A DNA stretch of 63,142 bases, the filler included, from Trichomonas gallinae (Eukaryota): assembly GCA_008369845.1 (NCBI GenBank). It is 7 parts of 7 records of this genome, joined end to end, with 100 filler letters (N's around TTAATTAATTAA, not from the genome) between each part and the next. Parts side by side here need not be neighbours in the genome. Positions count along the whole stretch, not along the records: positions 1 to 28,339 come from MRSU01000999.1; 6 more parts are not named here. One strand, written 5' to 3'. The notes beneath the pieces are model-generated. The model searched no databases, was not told where the DNA came from, and saw nothing but the letters and a program-made list of their open reading frames with translations. Both the position numbers and the translations under genes were made by a program. Positions 1-9,948 of this stretch are shown one piece after another (positions within the stretch are counted from its first letter, which is position 1; each line of letters begins with the position of its first letter).

Positions 1-405
1 TTTATTCGTCAGTGTTTACCACTGATTCGTTTATCTAAGACCCAAAAAGAAAGATTTTATTCGCTTTGCCTCGGTTATCGCGAGAGTATAAGAATTTCAT
101 TCTTTTCTCTCGTTTTCATGGTTGGTCAAGCTGTCAGAAAGAAAAGGATGTCCAATAAGTATATAGTTTTCCATTACATGACATTCATTCCTGTGAATTT
201 CATTCCATTAATTGTCGATTTCATCATGGACATCCTCAGAGTGAAAAAGCCGCCCCTCCACTTTATCTGTAACGAGCTGTATGACATGGTTTTTGTCGCA
301 TTAGAAACTGTTCGTCTTCTTCCTGCGTTAAAAGCAATGTCAGCTGCGAATAATGATAATATACTGGAGGATGCTCCGCCTGAATCATACGTCAGCCAGA
401 ACTAA
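1..405 (+). CDS. Hypothetical protein, 3' part (5'-truncated by window edge)
   Basis: Frame 1 is open from base 1 (FIRQCLPLIRLSK...) to TAA at 403-405; coding-like composition followed by an AT-rich 3' flank. Confidence 0.6.
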   Translation, partial: FIRQCLPLIRLSKTQKERFYSLCLGYRESIRISFFSLVFMVGQAVRKKRMSNKYIVFHYMTFIPVNFIPLIVDFIMDILRVKKPPLHFICNELYDMVFVALETVRLLPALKAMSAANNDNILEDAPPESYVSQN

Positions 406-650
406 TCATATTTTGGTATTATATTATTTTGTTTGTTTTTTATACTAAACACATATATTGTTAGAGCCTAAACAGTGGATAGATTGCCTGCACTACATAA
501 TCAAGCTAAAAAAATTACATAAAAATGCAGAGTCAGTCAGAACCAAAGAAGGAAGGAAAAACGTTACTTTTTGGTGCCACTTTTGGTGCCACCCCCTCAT
601 TAATTTGACACTTTTACTGTTTTTCAATTTTGTCACTTTTTAAACGTTTT

Positions 651-1388
651 ATGAGTCATCAGGAGGAAAATGAGTCTTTGCTTGACGTTACATTAAAGAA
701 ATACCCAAAGGAGTCAATGAAAAAGATTTTCAACCTCAGGCTTTTCATTGTAACGAAAACACAGCCAGAACCAAAGAAAGAAAATATCTGCAATTATTTA
801 AACAAGTGGTGTGGCCAATCTGAAGTTGATCCCATCCTCGGCATGTCATACCTATACCCTGGATGCACAATTCATCTTCTTCAGTCAAGCACAGAAAAAA
901 TGTTTACATTCTTGAGAGCTTTAATGAAAGAGAAAGAAATACACGAAATATGGCCAATCAAAATACTCCTTTCAACAGATAATGTTCCACCGGATACATT
1001 CAAGTTTTATCATATTGTTCAGATCGAGACTCTAAAGCAAGATTCGTTTACTGCCAATGCTCCGATAGAAATTTCGATCGCAGAAGTTTACAACGCATTC
1101 TTGAGTTTAACAGAATCGCTCAGCCAAATGGGCGATCAAAAGAGAAAAGATGCTCTTGAAAACCTCCTTCGTGAATATAACATATTTTTACCGGCAGACT
1201 TTAGAGTACTCGGATTCGCCGAGAACAAAGATGTGTGCTTGCTTGAAGAATATCTTGAAATTTTCGATATGCCCGTTACATGGTCTCCAGCCCTCGAAAC
1301 ATCATGGCCACCACAAAAGCGCCACGATCTCAAGGATATCGAATTCATTTCAGAAGTTGATAGCGATGAGCAAAAGGCCGGCCAGTAA
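651..1388 (+). CDS. TEX47/C7orf62-like (BLUF-like fold) protein
   Basis: ATG at 651 after a TCACT Inr-like site; GMSYLYPGCTIHLLQSS resembles TEX47-family GLLLxYPxxxLHxLESS; C-terminal LEEYLEIF...SWP. Confidence 0.6.
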   Translation: MSHQEENESLLDVTLKKYPKESMKKIFNLRLFIVTKTQPEPKKENICNYLNKWCGQSEVDPILGMSYLYPGCTIHLLQSSTEKMFTFLRALMKEKEIHEIWPIKILLSTDNVPPDTFKFYHIVQIETLKQDSFTANAPIEISIAEVYNAFLSLTESLSQMGDQKRKDALENLLREYNIFLPADFRVLGFAENKDVCLLEEYLEIFDMPVTWSPALETSWPPQKRHDLKDIEFISEVDSDEQKAGQ

Positions 1389-1791
1389 GGCACCATTCTT
1401 TTCGTTATAAATGTTCCAGTACTTTATTTGTGATATAAAAAATCAATTATTTAGCACATATTTTCTTTCATTAAAATTCTTCCTTTATTTTATTAATGGA
1501 TCATTTGTAATCTATCGCGTGAACACTCAAATAAATATATTCTAATCTAATTCTCGAATATTTTTGATCAAAATAATTTTTTATGATTTGATGAATGAAT
1601 ATAAAAAATAATACGGTCTTATATAAGTATAGTAGTGTTATTGTCCATATAACAATGCTATTTCACATGTTTTAGGATCATCCTTGAAGAGTCTTTTTCC
1701 ATATGCTCGTACATGTTTCTTATGACTAGATACTTAATAAAAAGACTGAGTACACTTAGATTACTAATAACATGATTGAGCACATACATAT

Positions 1792-2115
1792 AAATAAATG
1801 ATACCCTATATAGATTGCATAGATACTAGTACATTTTCCTCTAGACTCGATTTAATGCAACCAGGATTTATAATTTTTAAAAACATAATTAACTCGAGCT
1901 CTAAATGATTTCAATCATATAACACACATATATATTATTAATATATTCATCATAAATATAATAACCTACAGAAACAATGAAAATCATAGTAAATTTATTC
2001 TTATCAAAACCAATGTTTATGACATATAGAGATTTTGACGAATTATTGCTCTTATCATACTTTCTTGCATCTAAACCATCTTTCTATACGGCACTTTCGA
2101 TCTAAAACAAATCCT
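1792..2115 (+). repeat. Dispersed repeat, copy 1 (inverted copy at about 39733-40065)
   Basis: aaatgataccctatatagattgcatagatactagtacattttcctctagactcgatttaatgca aligns with the reverse complement of about 40000-40065; similarity continues for about 300 bp. Confidence 0.85.
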
Positions 2116-2541
2116 TTATGATGGAATTGCAAAATTTGACGTGTCAAAATATAATCTGACATGTTACAAAAGTGTCAAATGCGTCATTTTGTCAAAAAGT
2201 GAAAAAATCTTTTTCAATCTGATCAAATTATATATATAATACATGTCGAAAGCGGATAACTTTTTTATCTTTTTTTTTTTAAGAACAAAGGTAAAATTTT
2301 GCTGTATTTTTGAAGCTAATAGCCTATTAATGCTATTTTTACTATAAAAAATGAAAATTTTCAATTTCATCGTAAAAATTTTGTTTTAAAAATTTTGTTA
2401 TACATATGATATAGAGATTAAAATGGATTTTTTGATAACATTCAATTTTGTGAATTTTCAATATTTTTATTCGATAATTCTATTTATAATGCTATTTTGT
2501 AGCGATGGTATAAATTTTAAAAGTGTCAAAAAATTGTCAAA

Positions 2542-3102
2542 ATGCTAGCGGTAATGATGATGTCTGCTACTTCCATTCCAGGCGGCTGGAAGGAAGTCGA
2601 TCAGGACAATGAATTCGTCCAGAACGTCCTCCCATACGTCCACAGGAATTACATGAAGATTCTCCCAGAATATAGGAAGAGAAATACACTTTGCGTCTTC
2701 AAGAAGGCTATGGTCCAGATTGTCAATGGTTACAACATCCAGCTCCTCAACACCCTCGGAAAGGACGAAATCAAGATCGATCTTCACGTTTCTCCACAGC
2801 AGAAGATTACACTCAGGAACTTTGCTCACCTTCCAACAAACGATATCACCGAGCAAGTCGGTGGCTGGAAGATCCAGGATACATCCTACAGCCCAGAACT
2901 CGTTGGTCTCTGCATCAACCAATACAACGCTGCTAAGGGAATCAATGCTGTCGCTGATAAGATCATCTTAGTCCGCACACAGGTTGTTGCTGGCATCAAA
3001 GTCCACGTAGTCTTCCTTGATCACGAGGGCAACACCCACTCAACAATTGTTTATCGTAGACCATCCGGTGAGATGTCCATGGAGTATGGCAATTCATTCT
3101 AA
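2542..3102 (+). CDS. Tandem two-domain cystatin-like cysteine protease inhibitor
   Basis: Two GGW N-terminal motifs, each followed by a QxVxG motif (QIVNG, QVVAG); short hydrophobic N-terminus; strong C-ending codon bias. Confidence 0.8.
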   Translation: MLAVMMMSATSIPGGWKEVDQDNEFVQNVLPYVHRNYMKILPEYRKRNTLCVFKKAMVQIVNGYNIQLLNTLGKDEIKIDLHVSPQQKITLRNFAHLPTNDITEQVGGWKIQDTSYSPELVGLCINQYNAAKGINAVADKIILVRTQVVAGIKVHVVFLDHEGNTHSTIVYRRPSGEMSMEYGNSF

Positions 3103-3435
3103 AAATTCAAGGATAATTTTTGATAACTTTCTTTTTGAATATTTTATAAATAAAAATATTATCATATGAGTTAGGCTATGGCTTATAAATATTTAATCAT
3201 ATATTATCATATACTACATAATGGTATATGAAAAAAGGCACAAAAATTGTTTAAATATTTTTTTTTTTGAAAATAAATTCTATGTTATCAGTAAGTTGTA
3301 GTATGTTTTTCGGTTGATATTTGAGGTGTTATTAAAGGGTGCCGATATAATATGATGAAATTTTAACATAACAACTAAATATGAAAAATAAAATATCAAT
3401 TCGGTAATCGGAAAACTCTAAAACATATACAAAAA

Positions 3436-3849
3436 TTAGCGGTCTCCACGTAATCTTTGCGCAAGTTGAAGATCGCGATTCATAATTGTAATCCTTCTAG
3501 CATGGAGGGCACAAACTTGGCCATCTTCAAGTAACTTGACTAGAAAAGCCTCTGATGCCTCCTGAAGTGCCCTTAAAGCATCTGTTGTCCATCTAAATTC
3601 GCTAATAGAAACCTGCTGCGTAACTTCTTTAACTAAGCGGCAGAATGGGAGCTTTCTGATCAAAAGGTCTGTAGTTTTCTGGAATTTATGGACTTCTTTG
3701 ATCCATGAATTAAATCTTCTTTTTTGTTTCTTTTTACCATCAACATCTGCTTTGTTAGCTACACCCAACTCATTTCTTGATGACAAAGGAATCCTCCTAA
3801 TCTTTTTTCCAACACGTCTTGGACTTTCTTTCTCTTGTTTCTCCGACAT
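3436..3849 (-). CDS. CENH3: Centromeric histone H3 variant (CenH3/CENP-A)
   Basis: H3 histone fold (TDLLIRKLPF..LQEASEAFLV..HARRITIM) with CenH3 hallmarks: Q68 replaced by C, F84 replaced by W, T107 replaced, longer loop 1, non-H3 N-tail; ATG at 3849. Confidence 0.9.
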   Translation of the reverse strand: MSEKQEKESPRRVGKKIRRIPLSSRNELGVANKADVDGKKKQKRRFNSWIKEVHKFQKTTDLLIRKLPFCRLVKEVTQQVSISEFRWTTDALRALQEASEAFLVKLLEDGQVCALHARRITIMNRDLQLAQRLRGDR

Positions 3850-4050
3850 AACTTTTTTTGCAAAAATAAAAATATCAAAAATCACATATTTGTGCAATAT
3901 AGTCATTATATTTAATTTAAAAACCAAAAAATATAATTTTGTCGTGTAAATAATTTTATTTGTCAAAAATAATTTTTATATAAATTAAGAAATGTAATTT
4001 ATAATAGGGACGAAAAGAGAATTGATTTAAAAGTGACGTGTCAGATATTA

Positions 4051-4059
4051 AAAAGTGAC
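4051..4059 (+). promoter_or_regulatory. Trichomonad M2-type core promoter motif AAAGTGAC upstream of SRP54 (also at about 7961 upstream of the dynamin gene)
   Basis: aaaagtgac lies about 20 nt upstream of the ATG in both genes. Confidence 0.6.
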
Positions 4060-4070
4060 AAAGTGAACAA

Positions 4071-5543
4071 ATGCTGCAAGATCTTGGTGATAAGTTAATT
4101 GGCAGCATAAAGAAGCTTTCGGAGTCAAAGAAGATAGATGAGAGTGTCTACAGAACGTTTATGATCGAAATTTCGAAATCCCTTATATCAGCAGATGTTT
4201 CGAAAGATATTGTGATGGATTTTTCGAAGAAATTACGTGAGAAAATTAACTTTGCGAACATTCCACCTGGCCTATCGCCAAGAAAAGTCATCGAAAAAGC
4301 TGTTTTCAACGAGTTGGTCGCATTGATTAACCCTGGAATACCAGCTTACAAGCCGCAGAAGAAGAAACTGAACATATTTATGATGGTCGGTCTTCAGGGT
4401 GCCGGTAAAACAACAACAGTCACGAAATTGGCAAACTATTATAAAAGACGTAACTGGAAGACAGGTGTTATCGCAGCAGATACATTCCGTGCTGGTGCAA
4501 GAGAACAGCTTATGCAGAACGCGCAGACTGCGAGAATCCCTTATTTCGTAGATTTCACAGAAACCGATCCTGTGCAATGCGCTTTGAAGGGTATTGACAA
4601 GTTTAGAAGTGAGAAATTCGATATAGTCATCATTGATACATCAGGTCGACACATGCAAGAAGAAGCTCTCTTCGCCGAAATGAAAGCGCTCGCTGTCAAC
4701 GTTATTCCTGACGAAATTATCTTCGTTATGGATGGTACGATTGGCCAAGCAGCTTACGACCAAGCACTTGGCTTCAAGAAAGCTGTAGGCGTCGGATCAA
4801 TCATTATAACAAAATTAGATTCAAATGCTAAGGGTGGCGGTGCCTTATCTGCAGTCGCAGCTACACAATCACCAATTTCCTTCATAGGTAGTGGTGAAAG
4901 CTTTACAGATTTAGAATGGTTCGATCCATCTTCATTCGTCTGCCGTCTTCTCGGCATCGCAGACAGCACAATCTTCCAGCGAACAATGGAAGAAATCGAC
5001 AAAGATCGAAACAGAGAAATCGGCCAACATATTCTCGCCGGCCAGTTCAACTTCAAAGACTTATACAACCAGTACCAGACAATTCTCGAGGTCGGCAACT
5101 TCAACTCCATGATGGAGTCCATCAGCAACGCCTCGCCGCTCAACCCAGGCATGAAAGGAAACCCGGAGCAGACGAAGGAAACAGTTAGAAGGATTTTAAT
5201 TACAATAGATGCGATGTCTGAAGCAGAAACCACCAACCCCGCCCTTTTCAAAGAGGAGACCCGCAAGATAAGAGTCAGCGCTGGTGCAGGAATCCCAATA
5301 CACTTCGTGCAGTATGTTATAGACGAGCAGAGGAGGTGGGAGAAGATGTTCAAGCGCATGGACAAGAAGACACTGGCACTGATGGCTCAGGACGAGATGC
5401 CGACATTCGCCAACGAAAGGCAGTTCAAGGAGCAGGTCCAGAAGATGGCAAAGTCGATGGACAAGGATATGCTGAGGTCAATCGGCGGCATCGAGGGCCT
5501 TGAAGCGTCAATGAGGCAATCGTGCAATTACATGAAGAAGTAA
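4071..5543 (+). CDS. SRP54: Signal recognition particle 54 kDa subunit
   Basis: GLQGAGKTT, DTFRAGA, DTSGRH, TKLD..KGGGALS; Met-rich M domain. Confidence 0.97.
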   Translation: MLQDLGDKLIGSIKKLSESKKIDESVYRTFMIEISKSLISADVSKDIVMDFSKKLREKINFANIPPGLSPRKVIEKAVFNELVALINPGIPAYKPQKKKLNIFMMVGLQGAGKTTTVTKLANYYKRRNWKTGVIAADTFRAGAREQLMQNAQTARIPYFVDFTETDPVQCALKGIDKFRSEKFDIVIIDTSGRHMQEEALFAEMKALAVNVIPDEIIFVMDGTIGQAAYDQALGFKKAVGVGSIIITKLDSNAKGGGALSAVAATQSPISFIGSGESFTDLEWFDPSSFVCRLLGIADSTIFQRTMEEIDKDRNREIGQHILAGQFNFKDLYNQYQTILEVGNFNSMMESISNASPLNPGMKGNPEQTKETVRRILITIDAMSEAETTNPALFKEETRKIRVSAGAGIPIHFVQYVIDEQRRWEKMFKRMDKKTLALMAQDEMPTFANERQFKEQVQKMAKSMDKDMLRSIGGIEGLEASMRQSCNYMKK

Positions 5544-5903
5544 TCTGTATGTTATATTATTTCGCATAAAAATAAAGTATCTTTATTAGTAATTTTTGCT
5601 AAAATATTTAATTTTATATTAAAATATATAATAAAATACTTTATTTTTGAAAAATAATTAATTATAACCAATTATAGATTTGATTTTAAATTTTAGTTTT
5701 TTGAAAAATCATATATTTTCATCGAAATTAATGAAATTTAGTAAATTTTTAGATATATTCTTTTCTTTGATATAAAAAATTGTTTCCCACAAACTTTGTT
5801 CCTTTTATTGTAGTTATGTTAGTAGAGGCTAAAAATCAATTTAAGTCACTTTTTGAGATCCATTATTTTTATTGAACAGATTTTTGTTTTAGGTTTCTAG
5901 AAA

Positions 5904-7304
5904 ATGAGTTCGGCAATCTTCCTAATTCCAGAAACTATTGGTCCAGGAGGAAACACGCTCTTTTCTAACGCTGTTCAAAAAAGTTCAAATCCAATTCGGG
6001 TCAATGGCTACAAATTATTTACTTTCCTTAGAAGATTGGACAACACAGGTTTTTCCATGTACTGTGTTGCCATAAGTAGCCCCAATAAAAGCTGTTTAAT
6101 GTATCCAATCGAATTTGAAGGAGAATTGCCAGATTTAGAAGCATACGGTTTCTTAGTTACAAGCACACCAAATGGAAACGTCATCCATCTTTCACAATCA
6201 ACTTTCGATGTAATGGATAAAATCGATATCGCCGTACATATTAAGTCAGGGAACTGGGACGCTGACAAAATCTTGTTCCATCAGATAGCCGCCATGCATT
6301 ACTTAGGTGTTATTCCAGATTTGTCGCCTGCAGTTTTCTATCAAAACGAATTAATTGTTTCATGGGAAAACAAGCTTCACCAGATATACGGCACATATGG
6401 TGACATGAACAATGCTTTAATTACAATTTTTAAGAGAATATCTTACGCATTAAATTTCTTCTGCATATCTCTTGGAATTCATGCATTAAGCAACATAACA
6501 CTCGATCATGGGTTCTCTTTTGCAACGTTATACGACACATTACAGAAATCTCACGAAATTATTTTTATTCGAAATATAATTCCTGGCAATATAGAAGTTG
6601 AATCTCCTTTCATCGTTTTATACAATGCGCTGAAAATCACGAAAGAATGCTTTAACAACCTAAATTACTCAATCGCTTCTGTTGATGATATTGATGGCTA
6701 TAACAAAGCTGTGCAGCAGTTCCAAGAGAAGGAGAAGCTACAGATAGGATGCTGCGACATTAAAACACTCAGAAAATTGATAACAACATCAGATATGCAA
6801 AGATTAGAACAGTTACCTATTTTTAAGATGGCAGGCATCAATATTAACATTGTTCACGAGCCTGACTTCCCAATTATCCAGCCAATTAGCGTGCCAGAGT
6901 CAGATCCTTTGGCGGAACAAGTCCGAAATGAGATAAACAAGGCAATTGTTGGCCTTCCTGATCCATCAGCTAAAATCGAGTGGATGAACTCTAAGATAGA
7001 GAGTACATGCATTGATTGCAACGATAGATGCTTAGAATTGAGCACAAGAGTTGATTTGATTGAGCACAGAATTTCTGATATGACAAGACAGTTGAAAGAC
7101 ATAGTAGAGGAGTCCAAAATAGCAGCAAAGAGAGTAGAAACCGCTGCACAAACATTAGACGAAGTTTACAAATCTCATAATAAGATTCAAAACAAATTCG
7201 ACATTTTAAGAGAGAAACTATTCAGCGAACAAAGAAATACAAGGTTAACTTTAATTATCGGCGTTTTCTTGACACTTCTTGGCGCATTAATCCTCAAATT
7301 TTAA
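5904..7304 (+). CDS. Hypothetical protein with C-terminal coiled coil and tail-anchor TM helix
   Basis: 466-aa ORF; heptad-rich C-terminal region; terminal LTLIIGVFLTLLGALILKF. Confidence 0.75.
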   Translation: MSSAIFLIPETIGPGGNTLFSNAVQKSSNPIRVNGYKLFTFLRRLDNTGFSMYCVAISSPNKSCLMYPIEFEGELPDLEAYGFLVTSTPNGNVIHLSQSTFDVMDKIDIAVHIKSGNWDADKILFHQIAAMHYLGVIPDLSPAVFYQNELIVSWENKLHQIYGTYGDMNNALITIFKRISYALNFFCISLGIHALSNITLDHGFSFATLYDTLQKSHEIIFIRNIIPGNIEVESPFIVLYNALKITKECFNNLNYSIASVDDIDGYNKAVQQFQEKEKLQIGCCDIKTLRKLITTSDMQRLEQLPIFKMAGININIVHEPDFPIIQPISVPESDPLAEQVRNEINKAIVGLPDPSAKIEWMNSKIESTCIDCNDRCLELSTRVDLIEHRISDMTRQLKDIVEESKIAAKRVETAAQTLDEVYKSHNKIQNKFDILREKLFSEQRNTRLTLIIGVFLTLLGALILKF

Positions 7305-7589
7305 TTTATTGATCTATAAATACATTGTTTTGGTTTATTATTATCTAAATATGTGTTGGAATTTTTCAAATTAATTTTATATATCAATTTAATTCGGATT
7401 GCAATGATATTATTTCTATTATATCCCTATACTTATTCTATATAAATGATTAAACAATATAATATGAGTAGAAAAGCAATATTTTTTTGCAAAAAAAATT
7501 ATCAAATTAGCTAAAAATGCTTTTAAATAAATAATATAGAGTACCTACATAATATTTTACAAATGGAAATATATGATGCAAAATAATTT

Positions 7590-7845
7590 ATTTTGGAAAT
7601 CAAGAAATTAGTAATTTGAGAAAAATATTATTAATATTATAAAGAAAAATTGGCAAATAAATTAGAGATAGAACAAAAATATAATGAAAGCTAAAAAGAA
7701 ATTTTGGAAATCAAGAAATTGATAATTTGGAGAAAAATTATATTTAAAATATAAAATAAAATTGGCGAATAGATTGATGATAAAACAAAAATGTGGTGAA
7801 AGCTAAAAAGAAATTTTGGAAATCAAGAAATTGCTGATTTTGATG
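7590..7845. repeat. Degenerate tandem repeat of about 112 bp (about 2.3 units)
   Basis: tttggaaatcaagaaatt at about 7592, 7703 and 7815; gaaagctaaaaagaaattttgg occurs twice. Confidence 0.75.
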
Positions 7846-7979
7846 ATAAATTCGCTATTAGGACAATGTATATGTGATAGATAAGTGGTAAACAAGGGAA
7901 ATAAGGAGTAAAAACAAAGATTGAAGCCAGGCAAATTATTTTTTTTTTCGAATTACCTGTAAAAGTGACAACTTTCTAA

Positions 7980-9773
7980 ATGGATACCTTAATTCCAGTT
8001 CTCAACAAGCTTCAAGATGTTTTTCAGAGAGTCGGCCACGACAGCATCGACCTCCCCCAGATTGTCGTCGTCGGCTGCCAGTCTTGCGGTAAATCTTCCG
8101 TCCTGGAGAGTCTCGTTCAGAAAGATTTCCTTCCGCGTGGTTCTGGCATCGTAACGAGAAGGCCACTCGTTTTACAGCTCATCCATAATGATGGAAGTCA
8201 GAAACCAAGAGAATTCGCCGTTTTCAATCACCAACCAGATGTTATCTATACAGACTTCGATAAAGTACGTCAAGAAATAGAAGATGAAACAGACCGTGTC
8301 TGTGGTTCCAACAAGGGAGTCACAGATGCTCCAATCAACTTAAAAGTCACTTCGCCGAATGTCTTAAATCTCACACTCGTCGATCTTCCTGGTCTTACGA
8401 AAGTCGCTGTTGAGGGCCAGCCGGCTGACCTCCCGCAGCAAATCAGAAATATGGTCATGAGCTACATCCAGAGAGATAACGCAATCATTCTTGCTATTAC
8501 GCCAGGTAACACAGATCTTGCAAACTCAGATTCACTCCTTATTGCTCGTGAAGTCGACCCGAAGGGCACACGTACTATCGGTGTCATCACAAAACTCGAT
8601 ATCATGGATAAAGGCACAAATGCTCGTGATGTACTTCTTAACAAGGTCTACCCACTCAACCTCGGCTATATCGGTGTTATTAACCGCTCACAGAAGGATA
8701 TCGATGAAGGCAAACCAATGGAGAAGGTTATCGAAAGCGAAAGAAGGTTCTTCCTCACAACACCAGAGTACCGTGACCTCGCTGAGTCATGCGGCTACAA
8801 GTTCCTCGCTACGACACTTAATCAGATTCTCATGAAACACATCAAGGCCACACTCCCATCAGTCCACAACGAAATCAACGAACTTCTCCGCCGTAAGGAG
8901 CACGAATTGACCGGCTACGGTGACACATTCGGTGAAACTAAAGAAGAAAAGCAGTTGTTCCTCTACAAGATGCTCGAAGGCTACTTGTCAATCTACCAGG
9001 GCCTCCTCCTCGGCACATCCGACGAACTCCGCACAAACGGTCTCGATGGCGGCCAGTATCTCATGGACTACCTCATCAACGACCTCCCAGAACGCTTGAA
9101 CAAGATTCCTTCCGCCATGAACATGGAGCGCTCCAGGGTTCTTGAAATGATCGAAGCCAACTCCGGCCTCCAGCGTTCTCTCTTCTTCCCAGAGGCAACA
9201 TTCCACCGCCTCATCCGCGACCACATAGAACTTATGCGCGCCCCAGCTACAGAGGCCGCTGAAATCGTCCACCACCGCATGATGGAACTCCACACAAAGG
9301 TCATCCTCCCAGAGCTCGACCGCTTCCCTAAGGTCAAGGCTCTCCTCAGCCAGTCAATCGCCGATATCGCTCGTGAGACACTCGAAGAGTGCCTCGTCTA
9401 CGTCAACCAGGTCATCGACATCCAGAGCGCATACATCAACGCAGAGCACAAGAGCTTCATGGAGCGCACACAGGCACAGCTCCAGAGTGGATCCATCGGA
9501 AACAACGTCGACTTCCTCCTCGAGCTCGTCGACAGATACGTCGACATCTGCAGGAGAGAGATCGCGGACGTCATCCCGAAGACGGTCCACAGGATCCTCA
9601 TCAAGAAGTCCACAGAGGTCATGAGGCAGGAGCTCTTTAAGAGACTTGTCACAGAGCCAGATCTCGCAGAAGATCCGGACGTTGCAGCAAGGAGAGCGAA
9701 GTGCGTCGCACTTATCAAGGCTCTCAAGGAGGCATCGTCAATCCTCAACGAAGTCCGTATGGCGCATGTCTAA
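7980..9773 (+). CDS. Dynamin-related protein (Vps1/Drp1-like)
   Basis: LPQIVVVGCQSCGKSSVLE, GIVTRRPL, DLPG, TKLD motifs; middle and GED domains; no PH domain or PRD. Confidence 0.95.
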   Translation: MDTLIPVLNKLQDVFQRVGHDSIDLPQIVVVGCQSCGKSSVLESLVQKDFLPRGSGIVTRRPLVLQLIHNDGSQKPREFAVFNHQPDVIYTDFDKVRQEIEDETDRVCGSNKGVTDAPINLKVTSPNVLNLTLVDLPGLTKVAVEGQPADLPQQIRNMVMSYIQRDNAIILAITPGNTDLANSDSLLIAREVDPKGTRTIGVITKLDIMDKGTNARDVLLNKVYPLNLGYIGVINRSQKDIDEGKPMEKVIESERRFFLTTPEYRDLAESCGYKFLATTLNQILMKHIKATLPSVHNEINELLRRKEHELTGYGDTFGETKEEKQLFLYKMLEGYLSIYQGLLLGTSDELRTNGLDGGQYLMDYLINDLPERLNKIPSAMNMERSRVLEMIEANSGLQRSLFFPEATFHRLIRDHIELMRAPATEAAEIVHHRMMELHTKVILPELDRFPKVKALLSQSIADIARETLEECLVYVNQVIDIQSAYINAEHKSFMERTQAQLQSGSIGNNVDFLLELVDRYVDICRREIADVIPKTVHRILIKKSTEVMRQELFKRLVTEPDLAEDPDVAARRAKCVALIKALKEASSILNEVRMAHV

Positions 9774-9948
9774 AAATTACTTTTTTTTATACTTTTATAT
9801 ATAATTATCATTTATTTTTTCCTTTAATATCATAATTTCTAATTTTATTAAATTTGAGTTTTGTGATTTTTTGATATTTGAAGAGTTTTGTTGGATATAA
9901 AAAATAAATATGAGGTAGGTTGTTAAAACAAAACAATAAAAAAATTTA

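Noticed and set aside
569..593. Direct repeat ttttggtgccac x2
   Set aside because: Only two 12-bp copies with no spacer; at most a promoter micro-duplication
8270..9748. Numerous overlapping and antisense ORFs within the dynamin gene (likewise in SRP54, PMT, Rap-GAP and the hydrogenase)
   Set aside because: Shadow ORFs produced by C/G-ending codon bias; no recognisable motifs
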